Below, one piece after another: positions 38,324 through 48,578 of a stretch of 64,000 bases of DNA. The notes below the pieces were generated by a model. It did not search any database. It saw nothing but the letters and a program-made list of their open reading frames with translations, and was not told where the DNA came from. Positions within the stretch are counted from its first letter, which is position 1. Each line of letters begins with the position of its first letter. A program made the translations under genes and the position numbers. The stretch comes from Nibricoccus sp. (GTDB lineage Bacteria > Verrucomicrobiota > Verrucomicrobiia > Opitutales > Opitutaceae): contig JASGHG010000001.1 of assembly GCA_047602425.1 (NCBI GenBank), positions 2,080,001 through 2,144,000 of the forward strand, in the 5' to 3' direction.

Positions 38324-39217
38324 ATGCCCGATTTCGTCCAACGCCCCTCTCTTATCGTCGCCGACCAGTGGCAAGATTACGAACTGCTCGATACCGGCAA
38401 CGGCATGAAGCAGGAACGGTGGGGCCCTTACAACCTCGTGCGGCCGGACCCCCAGATCATCTGGCACCGGCCCGACGGAGCGCCCTGGACCGGCTGGGAC
38501 GGCTATTATCACCGCAGCGACACCGGCGGCGGGAAATGGGAGTTCAAGCGTCCGCTACCCGAGTATTGGAAAATCAAATACAAGAGCCTCACGCTGAAAA
38601 TCCATCCCACGTCCTTCAAGCACACCGGCCTCTTTCCCGAGCAGGCGGTCAATTGGGACTGGTTTTCCGATAAAATCCAAACTGCCAAAGCCGCCGGTCG
38701 CGAGGTCTCGGTGCTCAACCTCTTCGGCTACACCGGCGCCGCCACCTGCGCCGCGGCGGCCGCGGGCGCCACCGTCTGCCATGTCGACGCCGCCGAGGGC
38801 ATGGTCAAGTGGTGCAAGGAGAACGCCGCCCTCTCCGGCCTCGCCGAAGCTCCCATCCGCTACATCACCGATGACTGCCTGAAATTCGTCCGCCGCGAAA
38901 TCAAACGCGGTCGCCGCTACGACGCCGTCATTATGGATCCTCCCACTTACGGGCGCGGCTCCTCCGGCGAAATGTGGCGGTTGGAGGATTCGCTTTGGGA
39001 GCTGCTGCTGCAATGCCGCGAACTCCTCAGCGACCGTCCACTCTTTTTCCTCATCAACGCCTACACCGCGCGCCTCTCGCCCACCGTCGTGGCCAATCTG
39101 CTCACCGACTTGCTCGGCCCGCGCAACGGCACGCTCACCGCCGGCGAAATCGGCCTACCCGTGAAACGCGACGGAAAAATCCTCCCCTGCGGCATCTACG
39201 GCCGCTGGGAGGCGTAA
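38324..39217 (+). CDS. Class I SAM-dependent methyltransferase (RlmI/RlmK-related)
   Basis: DYELLDTG, FKHTGLFPEQA, VLNLFGYTG, HVDAA, MDPPTYGRG. Confidence 0.88.
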   Translation: MPDFVQRPSLIVADQWQDYELLDTGNGMKQERWGPYNLVRPDPQIIWHRPDGAPWTGWDGYYHRSDTGGGKWEFKRPLPEYWKIKYKSLTLKIHPTSFKHTGLFPEQAVNWDWFSDKIQTAKAAGREVSVLNLFGYTGAATCAAAAAGATVCHVDAAEGMVKWCKENAALSGLAEAPIRYITDDCLKFVRREIKRGRRYDAVIMDPPTYGRGSSGEMWRLEDSLWELLLQCRELLSDRPLFFLINAYTARLSPTVVANLLTDLLGPRNGTLTAGEIGLPVKRDGKILPCGIYGRWEA

Positions 39218-39369
39218 GCCCATTGGAGCGACGATTGGTTTGTCATTCCCCCTGCGTTGAGAACGTCTGGAGCCTGATACCGAGAGACAGATCTTTCGAC
39301 AAGCGAAGGTTCGCCGATAACCGGAGAACGGCAGTATTAAACCACCTCACACCGCTAAGTTACGGGCGC

Positions 39370-41361
39370 CTATTTCTTTTCGGTTGAATTCGTAGCACCT
39401 GGACCAAGATGCTTCGCCAGAAATGCTTCGATCGTTTTGTATTCTTGAAGCAGCGATCTCTCTTTGCGAAATCCGTGGCCCTCGTCGGAAAGAAAAAGCG
39501 TCTGGGGCGGACGCCCCAGCGCCTCAAGGGCGGCAGCCATTTTTTTTGCTTGTTTGTACGGGACAGTCCGATCGTCCTTGCCGTGAATAATGAGCAATGG
39601 CGCGACGATCTTGTCAGCGAAATAGAGGGGTGAAATTGCCTTCAATTGATCCGAATCCGTCGTCGGATTTCCAATCTGTTCCGTCCAATGTTCACGGGCC
39701 AATTTATCTTCGTCTTCACTCACTGACTTAAAGATACTCAGCCAGTCCGAGACCCCGCAGATGGAAATGCCGCAGCGATATAAGTCACTGCTTTTGCCCA
39801 ACCCGTATAACGCGGAATAACCGCCGTAGCTGGCCCCGACAATCGCTATGCGTTTCGGATCGGCGACCTTCTTTGCAATCGCCCATCGAGTTGCGTCCTC
39901 TATATCATTTTGAATATCGCCGCCGACCTGTTTTTTCCCTTTGTTCGAGAATTCCGTACCATATCCCGCCGAGCCGCGATAGTTCATTTGCAGGACGGCG
40001 TACCCGCGATTCGCCAACATTTGCACCAATGGATCGAATTCCCAAGCGTCGCGGACCCAGGGGCCACCGTGAGGCATGACTACAAGCGGCAAATTGCGCG
40101 GCTTTTGTCCCAATGGCACAGTTAAGTAACCATGGATAACGAGCCCATCCCGTGCGGTGTAAGACATGGGATTCATCGGAGCCATCTGCTCGGGCTTTAT
40201 CCAAGGCCGGGTTCTAAACAATCCCTCCAACTTTTGGTCCTTCGGAGTGTACAAGTAGTAAGCCCCAGGGTTGCGGTCGGAATAAGAAAAGATCAGCATT
40301 CGCGTGTCGTCCTCAGAGGTGCTGACAGGAAGATTGAACACACCGGGCCTGAGGGCATCGATGATCGCCATCCTTCTTGCATATTCTTCGTCGAACCATC
40401 TCACACCAGGCCCTTCCCCCATGTAAGCGTATCCTACGATTGCTTTCCGATGGTCCGACCAAATCGATTTAACCAGCGGGCCGGAATGAGAAAATTCCAC
40501 ATCGTATCCGGGAACTTCAAGTAGTGGCTCACCCAGGCTTCCCGTTGCGATGTCACAGCAATAGAGATTTCTATAGCCCTTGTCACTGGTTGAACAAATA
40601 TAGATACCCTTACCGTCGTAGCTGAAACCGAGCATCATTGGGGTTTCACTTGGACTGTGCGAGACGACAGTCAGCGGTCGCCATGGGCTCTTGTCGTCGT
40701 CGCGGTAGAGGATCGTGTTTTCGTGGATGGATTTTACCTCCAAGCCAGCCCGGATGACACCCTGCCTATCTGCCACCCAACCGACAACTCTGCCTGGATT
40801 TTTCACCACCGTACGGTGAGCGCCAGTTCTGGTATCGATTTTAATAACATCCGGATAGAGCCGCGATTCATCGCCAGGATCGCCGCGCAATTCCAACATG
40901 AGCGTGTTAGTGTCATCTCCAAAAGAATGAATAGCCTGATATGCGTTTAGCGGACGATAATCCAACATGCCTTCTCGATAACCAACTGCTCCAGTCAAAG
41001 GCGTCCATTGCGTACCGTTGCAATCGTAGGCCGCGGTTCCTTCCATATAATTCCAAATCGAGATGCCCACCAGCACGCGCTTGGGGTCGAGCCACCGAAA
41101 CCAAGCGACTTCTCGGTTGCCGGTCAGTGCCTCGCCTTTGCCAAGGTCAAAACCTTTAAGCTGCAAGGAAGACAACTCCGCGAAAAAAACCTGGTCTCGT
41201 CCCAAAGGATCTTGAATCACGGCGCAATATCGCCCATCGGGGGACAATCGTGCCTGCCGGTTCGTCGCTGGCCGAGCAAAGTCTTCGATCGGAACCAAGT
41301 CGGCCCCTCGGGCCGAAATACACAACGCCGCCAAACCAAGTGCTAGAATCTTGGGGTTCAT
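39370..41361 (-). CDS. S9 family (prolyl oligopeptidase-like) serine peptidase, exported
   Basis: LSPDGRY propeller, PHGGP, NYRGSAGYG, GASYGG, HGKDDRTV, EGHGF. Confidence 0.93.
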   Translation of the reverse strand: MNPKILALGLAALCISARGADLVPIEDFARPATNRQARLSPDGRYCAVIQDPLGRDQVFFAELSSLQLKGFDLGKGEALTGNREVAWFRWLDPKRVLVGISIWNYMEGTAAYDCNGTQWTPLTGAVGYREGMLDYRPLNAYQAIHSFGDDTNTLMLELRGDPGDESRLYPDVIKIDTRTGAHRTVVKNPGRVVGWVADRQGVIRAGLEVKSIHENTILYRDDDKSPWRPLTVVSHSPSETPMMLGFSYDGKGIYICSTSDKGYRNLYCCDIATGSLGEPLLEVPGYDVEFSHSGPLVKSIWSDHRKAIVGYAYMGEGPGVRWFDEEYARRMAIIDALRPGVFNLPVSTSEDDTRMLIFSYSDRNPGAYYLYTPKDQKLEGLFRTRPWIKPEQMAPMNPMSYTARDGLVIHGYLTVPLGQKPRNLPLVVMPHGGPWVRDAWEFDPLVQMLANRGYAVLQMNYRGSAGYGTEFSNKGKKQVGGDIQNDIEDATRWAIAKKVADPKRIAIVGASYGGYSALYGLGKSSDLYRCGISICGVSDWLSIFKSVSEDEDKLAREHWTEQIGNPTTDSDQLKAISPLYFADKIVAPLLIIHGKDDRTVPYKQAKKMAAALEALGRPPQTLFLSDEGHGFRKERSLLQEYKTIEAFLAKHLGPGATNSTEKK

Positions 41362-41466
41362 TGCCCTCGGAAATAAAATGCCCGCGGCCAAAGTGAAAGC
41401 CCGAACTGCATCCTACCGCCTGCTTTTGCGCTTTCCGTCGGTGACACTTTCGGCTTTTACGGAATC

Positions 41467-42195
41467 ATGCCATCGCTCGCAGATTCGTACTTTGCCCGCG
41501 CCACCGAAATGCTGGATCGCGCCCGCGAGAAAAACGCCGCCACACTCGCCGCCGTCGCTCCCATCGTTGGCAAATCCATCGCCGACGGCGGCGTGCTCCA
41601 TACTTTTGGTTCGGGCCACTCCGAGATGATCGCCCGCGAAATCATCGGACGCGCCGGCGGCTTGATGCCCGTGACCGGACTCTTCGATCCCGGTTATGGC
41701 TTTTCGGAAAACATCGTCGGCTATGGCACCCGCCTCGCCGAACGCCACGACCACCACTACGGATTGCGCTCCGGCGAGACCATCATCGTCATTTCCAATT
41801 CCGGCAAAAATGCCTCGCCCATCGAAGTCGCGCTTTACGCCAAACAAAAAGGACTCACCGTCGTTGGCCTTACCTCGCTCGCGATGAGCACCACGGCCAA
41901 AACCGTGCATCCCGGCGGCAAAAATCTTCACGCCGTAGCCGACTACACGCTCGATAACCTCGGCGTGCCCGGCGATGCGATCACTGAAGTCACGCCAAAC
42001 CAATTTGCAGGGCCAACTTCCACGCTGATCGGCTGCACACTCCTCAATCTTCTCATGCTCGGCGTACTCGAATGGCTCCGCGACCAAGGCCACCCGCTTC
42101 CCCTCGTCCGCAGTCAGAACCTGCCCGGCGGCATGGAAGCCAACATCGCGCTCTCCCAAAAATACCGCACCCGTCTGAGCAAATTGATCGGATGA
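41467..42195 (+). CDS. SIS-domain sugar isomerase-like protein
   Basis: FGSGHS, RAGGL, ISNSGKN, GPTST, SQNLPGG. Confidence 0.88.
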   Translation: MPSLADSYFARATEMLDRAREKNAATLAAVAPIVGKSIADGGVLHTFGSGHSEMIAREIIGRAGGLMPVTGLFDPGYGFSENIVGYGTRLAERHDHHYGLRSGETIIVISNSGKNASPIEVALYAKQKGLTVVGLTSLAMSTTAKTVHPGGKNLHAVADYTLDNLGVPGDAITEVTPNQFAGPTSTLIGCTLLNLLMLGVLEWLRDQGHPLPLVRSQNLPGGMEANIALSQKYRTRLSKLIG

Positions 42196-42205
42196 ATCCG
42201 AACTC

Positions 42206-42310
42206 GCCACAGAGTACACAGAGCTCCGACACAGAGCACACAGAGTAAAAACACTCCTGCAACAGCACCTTCCCCTTTCCCCAATGACTTCTGTCCGTAA
42301 ATTCTGTGGC
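42206..42310. repeat. CACAGAG palindromic element, copy 1 (degenerate right arm)
   Basis: GCCACAGAGTACACAGAGCTCCGACACAGAGCACACAGAG (42206-42245); partial inverse TTCTGTCCGTAAATTCTGTGGC. Confidence 0.8.
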
Positions 42311-43220
42311 TAAAAATCCCGCCCAACTTTTCCGGATCGGTGTCGACGGCGGTGGCTCGAAAACCGAACTGATCCTCATCGACCATTCCGGTACCGTGGT
42401 TGCCCGGCACCACGCCCCTGGCTGCAATCCCAGCCATGTCGGCCCCGTCGGGGCAAGAGAAACGCTGATCTCCGCACTTCAGGCATTGATAGCCTCCTCA
42501 AAAACTAAAAAAGCGGAGCTGGAAATCAGTCATATGCTTCTTTGCATGGCCGGCAGTCCCGATTTTTGGCGGGAAGCAGCCGCGTCACTGACTGACTATG
42601 GCCAGGTCGAAACGACCACCGATGCGGCACCCGTGCTCGAACTGGCGACCGAGGGAAGACCCGGGCTCGTCTTGCACGCCGGGACCGGATCCTTCGTGGC
42701 GTTGAGGACCACCGATGGCGCCATGCGCTATATCGGCGGACTCGGCTGGCGCCTCGGCGATCCGGGAAGTTCCCTCGACATCGGGCGTCGGGCGACCGCC
42801 CGCGCGCTCGCCGAATTGCAGGGCTGGGCGGAAAAAACCGCGCTCAGCGAAGCCTTGGTCGAACTTTTTTCAACCGACAAACCCTCCGCCATCACCGCGT
42901 CGCTGCATCGAAGCACGGAACCGAACCAAATCATTGGTTCATTTGCCGCGTGCGTTTCCCAACTGGCGGCAAAAGGCGACGCGACCGCGCTGGCGATTAT
43001 TCTCGGCTCGACCGGGGAATTGCTGGCCTGCGCCGAAGCCGCCGCCCGCAGTCTCGTTAGTACCCAGGAATTGAATACGCTGCCCGCCGGCCTTTCCGGT
43101 TCAATTCTCACGCAGCCGTTTGTCGTGGCCGAATTGCAGAAACGCAGCGCGCTTCCGCTCAAGCCTTTGACCGAGCGTCCCATCGAAGGCGTGCGGCGCT
43201 TGCTTTGCGGCAAGCCCTGA
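42306..43220 (+). CDS. BadF/BadG/BcrA/BcrD-type sugar kinase (GlcNAc kinase-like)
   Basis: IGVDGGGSKT, AGTGS, GGLGWRLGDPGS; start uncertain. Confidence 0.85.
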   Translation: MAKNPAQLFRIGVDGGGSKTELILIDHSGTVVARHHAPGCNPSHVGPVGARETLISALQALIASSKTKKAELEISHMLLCMAGSPDFWREAAASLTDYGQVETTTDAAPVLELATEGRPGLVLHAGTGSFVALRTTDGAMRYIGGLGWRLGDPGSSLDIGRRATARALAELQGWAEKTALSEALVELFSTDKPSAITASLHRSTEPNQIIGSFAACVSQLAAKGDATALAIILGSTGELLACAEAAARSLVSTQELNTLPAGLSGSILTQPFVVAELQKRSALPLKPLTERPIEGVRRLLCGKP

Positions 43221-43225
43221 GTGCT

Positions 43226-43765
43226 TCAGCCCGTTTCGTCTTTGCGTCCGAAAATCGGGCGGGTTCCCGGCCAGCCGAGCAGGCCCCGGAACAACATTCC
43301 CAAAGCGACAAGTATGGGCACGGAGAAGAATCCTTTGTTCACTAATATCCCCAGCGAACAACCTGCCAGCACGAGGAAGGCCGCGACAATTTGCTCCGCG
43401 CGACCGGATCTTTCGACCGCCACACTAGCTGGCTCGTTCGATTCCAGCGGCAAGCCCAGTGCGTGCCATGCCACCATGCCGCCGGCCACGCTTTGGGCCC
43501 AGTGAAAACCAATGTCGTCGAGTTCATCGAGGACCTGTTGCGAACGTCCGCCCGACTGACAGATGAAATAGATGGGCTTCGCCTCCGCCTCACGGCTCCA
43601 TTCGGCCATGATCTGACGCAATGGTATCGTGCCGAGCGGAATGTTACACGCTTGGGCGATATGGCCTTGTTCAAACTCTCGCGCCGCACGCAAGTCGATC
43701 AACACCGTCTGCGGATCGGTGTCGAGTTGCTCGCAGAGCTCCTGGACTGAAACATTTTTGATCAT
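43226..43765 (-). CDS. Rhodanese-domain membrane protein (YgaP-like)
   Basis: LIDLR..EFEQGHI, ICQSGGRS, AGGMVAW, C-terminal TM pair. Confidence 0.85.
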   Translation of the reverse strand: MIKNVSVQELCEQLDTDPQTVLIDLRAAREFEQGHIAQACNIPLGTIPLRQIMAEWSREAEAKPIYFICQSGGRSQQVLDELDDIGFHWAQSVAGGMVAWHALGLPLESNEPASVAVERSGRAEQIVAAFLVLAGCSLGILVNKGFFSVPILVALGMLFRGLLGWPGTRPIFGRKDETG

Positions 43766-43850
43766 TGGGCCGACGCTTCGTCATCGGCACAATTACACCG
43801 GTTCCTGAATGGATTCGCAGAATCTCGTCAACAGATTGGTCGCGAAACAC

Positions 43851-45833
43851 TCAGCGCACCTGCGCGTCGTACGAGCTGTACTTGCACGGGTAAACCGGAC
43901 GCCCCAGACGTTTTGAACTGATCTCCTCCAGCTGAATTGCCACGTGGGGATTGTGCGTCATGAAACGCAAAAAGTCGGCCTTGCTGATCGTGAGGCAGCG
44001 CGTCTCCTCCAACGCGACGATATCGGATTCCGCCGCGCTGTTTTGCATGAGGCTGATTTCGCCAAAGAACGCGCCCGAACGCAGCCGTGCCTTCACCTTT
44101 TTATCGCGGCGCACCGCCACACGGCCTTCGTAAATCAGAAAAAACTGCTGGCTGTCCTGTCGCTCAGCCACGATCAATTCGCCGGCGTTATAGCGAAGCA
44201 TCGACGCAATTTGCGTGAAGCGCGCGATCGCCTGGGGATGCCAGTTGGCGCAAAACGGCAGTTCGCGCAGGAAAGGCACCTTCTGGCCCAGATTATTGGC
44301 CAGTTGCACGCCCATCGGCGTCACCACGCGGCGCTCGAATTCGCGTATTGGAATCATCAATACCAACACCGGAGTGAGCGCTTTCGCCTGCAATGGACCG
44401 CGATCCGGATCCAGGAGCGAATGAACTCCAAAAACGTCGCCTTCCTTCATTGTCATCACGCTCTCCGCACGACCGGATTTCAGCCGGCGGTACAATCTCA
44501 CGCGGCCAGAAAGGATGAGGTTGGCGAACTTCGATTGCTCTGCAAAAGGCTGGATGATCGAACGAGCTTTGAAATAACGCGTCTGCCCGGCCGCAGACAA
44601 CGCCGCGCGCTCTGCGGGCGGCAGGCGGCGAAAAAGCAACGACTCCGCCATCAAACGCGCAATCTGCTCCTCGGGAACGGGCGCTACGCTATTCAACCGC
44701 CAGCGTTTCCAATGCGTCCGGTTGACGGAATAATAATTCGCCGCGTGCCAATAAAGAAAGCGCACCACCGGCGGCCCGACATAAGCAACGATCGCGGCGA
44801 AAATGATGGAGCCAAAAATAATCCCCGCCCCGTAATTCAAACTGGCAAACAAGTCCTTCAACGACATGTCCATCGCGCGCAGCACCGTGAAAAATATAAA
44901 CACGATCCAAATGAATCCCCACGCGATGCGAGCTGAAATGTAAGCCGGCGAAACGCGCCGAAGACTGGCTTTGAACTTTACCCGCCAATGCTGGTTCAGA
45001 CTGAAAAGAAGATCCTTCTGCGTGTCCGGGACCTGACCGCGACAGACGGTGGAGAGCAGGCCCGTCGCCGCACTGCCAGCAAAGGGATGCAACATTCCGA
45101 TGACCGCGAGCACGTGCAAACTTCCCCATTGCGGTTGGAACCACCACAACAAGGCCGCGCTGGCCAGCACCGGGAAAAGTCTCGCGCTTGCCACGGCCGC
45201 TTGAATCAAGGGCGAGCACATGCACGCATCTTCCAGATTCACCCCGAAGTAAGGCACGGGACGCAGATAAACAAAACGCGGGTTATATACTTCGCCGCCG
45301 CCACCGCGTAGGACCGAGGCAGCCAGCATCTGGCCCAAACTCACTCCCACCATCAGGAGTATCCATCCGATAAATACGTTACCTAGCGTCTCGATCAGAT
45401 TAAAATGCCCCTTGAACGGCCACGGAAACGGCATCGTCGTCAGCAGCGTCAGCGCAAGCGCCGCGGAGATCCAAGTCAGCGCCAGCGGCAACTTCGGCCC
45501 TAGCGTCACCACCCAACGACTGGCCAGCACCGGCACGCTCGTGTCAGGCTGGCGATCGATTTTAAGAATACCCGCCCGCAACGCCTTCAAAATCAGTTCG
45601 TAATATTCACGCAGCGGCGCGCAGGTGCGATTCAAGATCACCGCGCGCAGCACGTCGGGCGCCGTGGCGGGATTGGCGAAGTTGCGCAACAAATTCCACT
45701 GCTCCGCCGTGACGGTGAGGTACTTTCGGCTCGGCCCGTTTTTCACCACAAAGGCCGGGCCCGAGGCATCGGCACGCAAAACGTGCGGATTCAACCTGAG
45801 TGTCTGAGCGGTCAGAACGAGCTGTTCGTCCAT
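43851..45833 (-). CDS. Membrane protein with M50-like core and two cyclic-nucleotide-binding domains
   Basis: Multi-TM middle; cNMP domains (LILSGRV..EGDVFG; LIYEGRV..SGAFFGEISL). Confidence 0.85.
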   Translation of the reverse strand: MDEQLVLTAQTLRLNPHVLRADASGPAFVVKNGPSRKYLTVTAEQWNLLRNFANPATAPDVLRAVILNRTCAPLREYYELILKALRAGILKIDRQPDTSVPVLASRWVVTLGPKLPLALTWISAALALTLLTTMPFPWPFKGHFNLIETLGNVFIGWILLMVGVSLGQMLAASVLRGGGGEVYNPRFVYLRPVPYFGVNLEDACMCSPLIQAAVASARLFPVLASAALLWWFQPQWGSLHVLAVIGMLHPFAGSAATGLLSTVCRGQVPDTQKDLLFSLNQHWRVKFKASLRRVSPAYISARIAWGFIWIVFIFFTVLRAMDMSLKDLFASLNYGAGIIFGSIIFAAIVAYVGPPVVRFLYWHAANYYSVNRTHWKRWRLNSVAPVPEEQIARLMAESLLFRRLPPAERAALSAAGQTRYFKARSIIQPFAEQSKFANLILSGRVRLYRRLKSGRAESVMTMKEGDVFGVHSLLDPDRGPLQAKALTPVLVLMIPIREFERRVVTPMGVQLANNLGQKVPFLRELPFCANWHPQAIARFTQIASMLRYNAGELIVAERQDSQQFFLIYEGRVAVRRDKKVKARLRSGAFFGEISLMQNSAAESDIVALEETRCLTISKADFLRFMTHNPHVAIQLEEISSKRLGRPVYPCKYSSYDAQVR

Positions 45834-45863
45834 TGGGGCGGGGTTTTACAGGTGGAGAATGGT

Positions 45864-46349
45864 TTAGGCCGGCTCGGCGGGCGGGGCGGCAGGCGGCGAG
45901 TCGGTCTTGTTCGCAGGCCCGATCAGATCGACCACGGCATCCTGCAAATCCGTCAGCCGATAGGGCTTCATCAAATAACGCAGGCGGGCATTGCCCGGCG
46001 CCCAAAGATCCTCCTCCAGCACATGTCCGCTCAGCAAAAGAATCGGCAGGTCCGGCGCGAGCTTGTGCAACCGCGTCGCGAGCCCAAGACCGTCGAGATT
46101 GGGCATCAACACATCGGTGATCACGAGGCTGATCTCCGCTTTGCGTTGCTGAAAAAGATTCAGCGCCTGCACGCCATCCTCCGCCTCGATCAGACGGTAG
46201 CCTTGTTGCTCCAATGTGATCCGCGCAATCGAACGCACTTCGGGCTCGTCGTCGACGAACATGACGAGGTCGCGTTTCAAGGGCCCTCCGCCCTCCCGTG
46301 CATCTTTGGCAGACGACGAACCAAACAGTTTCTTGAGGCGTGAAATCAT
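45864..46349 (-). CDS. Stand-alone response regulator receiver protein
   Basis: FVDDE, ITDVLMPNLDG, LLSG, MKPY. Confidence 0.92.
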   Translation of the reverse strand: MISRLKKLFGSSSAKDAREGGGPLKRDLVMFVDDEPEVRSIARITLEQQGYRLIEAEDGVQALNLFQQRKAEISLVITDVLMPNLDGLGLATRLHKLAPDLPILLLSGHVLEEDLWAPGNARLRYLMKPYRLTDLQDAVVDLIGPANKTDSPPAAPPAEPA

Positions 46350-46667
46350 GGGCGAGGGAGGGTTATGGTGGGGTAAACGGAATCAATCGGCATCGTACTT
46401 TCAAAATCGGACCCGAAAAGGGAAAACAGAACTTGTTGCATACGAACGGACTTTAGGGGGCGATTTTGCCAATTGTTTTACAGTTTTTGGCATCTGCCGA
46501 CAGTTTTGGCAAGGCAACACGTTCATAAAGTTGACCTATTGCCATAACCAAACCTCAGGTCTAAGCGGAAAATTCGCCCGTCGCGGGTCCTCAACGCTTT
46601 CCAAAAAAACACCCTGGTACGCCCAAAATTTGCGGCGATGGCCAAATCCAGCAATTTCCTCCTCGTG

Positions 46668-47384
46668 ATGAACATGCCCCTGTCGCCTCTCTTGTTCGCC
46701 GCCCGTCGTTTTGCGGGATTGGCTCTGATTGCGATGCTGACCGCCAGCGCCCTCCAGGCCGAACCATCCACGACAACCAGCCAGGCTACGCCCCGCCTGG
46801 CCGTGGGTCTTGAGGCAGGCAGCGCCGGCGTCGGACCGGTCGTCGTTTTCACCACGTCCAAATCGATCACCGCAAATGTCGGCTACACTTTTCTCAGCTA
46901 CGACTACGATTTCCGTAACGCCGACACGGATTTCGATGGCACGCTCAAGCTTTCAAATCTTCAAGCTATACTCAATTGGCACCCTAAGGCCGGCGCCTTT
47001 CATCTTTCTGCAGGCGTCGTGGTCACCAACAACAAGATGGATATCACCGCCAAGCCGACCAACTCCTACAAAATCGGCGACACGACTTACACTTTGGCTC
47101 AAATCGGCACGCTCGACGGCACCGTCAAAATTGGCAAAGGCGCGAAGCCCTACCTCGGCTTGGGCTGGTCAAAAACGCCTGCGAAAAGCGGCTTCGGTTT
47201 CTTCTGTGACATCGGGGTAATCTTCATGGAATCACCCAAAGTTTCCATGCGATCCACCGGCCCGATTGCGTCCGACGCCAATTTCCAGCGTGACCTGCGC
47301 AAGGAAGAGCAGGACGTAAACGACAAGCTCGACAAATTTAAGTACTACCCAGTCATCCAGATAGGCGGCCTGTACCGCTTCTGA
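46668..47384 (+). CDS. Outer-membrane beta-barrel protein, function unknown
   Basis: Signal peptide, alternating beta strands, PYLGLGW, terminal YRF; start uncertain. Confidence 0.75.
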   Translation: MNMPLSPLLFAARRFAGLALIAMLTASALQAEPSTTTSQATPRLAVGLEAGSAGVGPVVVFTTSKSITANVGYTFLSYDYDFRNADTDFDGTLKLSNLQAILNWHPKAGAFHLSAGVVVTNNKMDITAKPTNSYKIGDTTYTLAQIGTLDGTVKIGKGAKPYLGLGWSKTPAKSGFGFFCDIGVIFMESPKVSMRSTGPIASDANFQRDLRKEEQDVNDKLDKFKYYPVIQIGGLYRF

Positions 47385-47703
47385 CCGGAGCAAGGATCAG
47401 CGACGCCCGCCCCAGCGGACGTTCGCGAGTGCCTTTTATCCTGTTTTTGACCCCCGATTGCGCCGAAACACCGGTGATAGCCGTCAGATCGACGGTTTTT
47501 CGATAAGCGCGCCTGCGAACTTTTTGGCAAAAACTCTAATCCCACGTAGCAGCAAGATAAGTTATTTTAATTCAAGGAATCCGCACTCGCAAGAAATGCG
47601 TAGCCTTCGCCAACCTCTGCGATGCTGTTTCACCATTTGTACCGCATTATGAAAACATGCCGTTTGCTCCCTCAACCAAGGCCCTTCGCCAAAGGAATCA
47701 CCT

Positions 47704-48114
47704 ATGAACGAAATTCTCTCCGGTGACCTTATCTATGTGATGCTGTTCGCTTTCGGCGGACTCGCTTTCGCAGCAGGGCCTTTCGTACTCGTGTACTTTC
47801 TCGCCCCGCGTGCAACCACCCGTCAAACGGCGGACAAGACCGGTCAATATATCGAGTGCGGCATGGAGCCGATTGGCGATGCGTGGATTCGTTATAGCGC
47901 GGTCTACTACTTGTACGCCTTGGTCTTCGTGGCCTTCGCCGTTGATGTACTTTATCTGATCCCCGTCGCCCTCGTTTATAACAAGATCTTCGCCTGGCGC
48001 GATCTGGTTGAGGTGCTGATGTTCGTTGGGATCCTCTCGCTTGTAATCATATACGCTTGGAAGAAAGGAGTTTTCGAATGGACACGCCGCAAGTCGACAC
48101 CTCACAAATCGTAA
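47704..48114 (+). CDS. nuoA: Complex I subunit A
   Basis: [32 protein letters not shown]. Confidence 0.93.
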   Translation: MNEILSGDLIYVMLFAFGGLAFAAGPFVLVYFLAPRATTRQTADKTGQYIECGMEPIGDAWIRYSAVYYLYALVFVAFAVDVLYLIPVALVYNKIFAWRDLVEVLMFVGILSLVIIYAWKKGVFEWTRRKSTPHKS

Positions 48115-48578
48115 AGTTTGCGATGCTCGACGACGTGATCGCCCTCGGGCGCGCGAATTCGCTCTGGCCGCTTACCTTCGGTCTCGCCTGCTGCGCCATC
48201 GAAATGATGGCCGTCGGCATGGCAAAATATGATCTTTCGCGCTTCGGCGCCGAAGTGTTTCGCCCCTCTCCCCGTCAGGCCGATCTCATGATCGTCGCCG
48301 GCACGGTGAACAAAAAAATGGCCCCCGCCATCAAGACGCTTTACGACCAGATGCTTGAACCCAAATGGGTTATCGCGATGGGCAACTGCGCCATTTCGGG
48401 CGGCCCGTTCGTCTATCCCGGCCAGTACTCGGTCGTTGAAGGCGTCGACAAACTCTTCCCGGTCGACGTTTACGTGCCCGGCTGCCCGCCACGTCCCGAA
48501 GCCCTGATCGAAGGTATTCTTGAACTGGAAAAGAAGCTCACCGGCAAACGCCGTTGGCCCGTCGTCGAAAATCCATGA
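48078..48578 (+). CDS. nuoB: Complex I subunit B
   Basis: [35 protein letters not shown]. Confidence 0.95.
   Translation: MDTPQVDTSQIVKFAMLDDVIALGRANSLWPLTFGLACCAIEMMAVGMAKYDLSRFGAEVFRPSPRQADLMIVAGTVNKKMAPAIKTLYDQMLEPKWVIAMGNCAISGGPFVYPGQYSVVEGVDKLFPVDVYVPGCPPRPEALIEGILELEKKLTGKRRWPVVENP

Noticed and set aside
39240..39369. Possible attC downstream of the S9 peptidase (CAGACGTT on the minus strand)
   Set aside because: No RYYYAAC near the stop and no convincing pairing arms.
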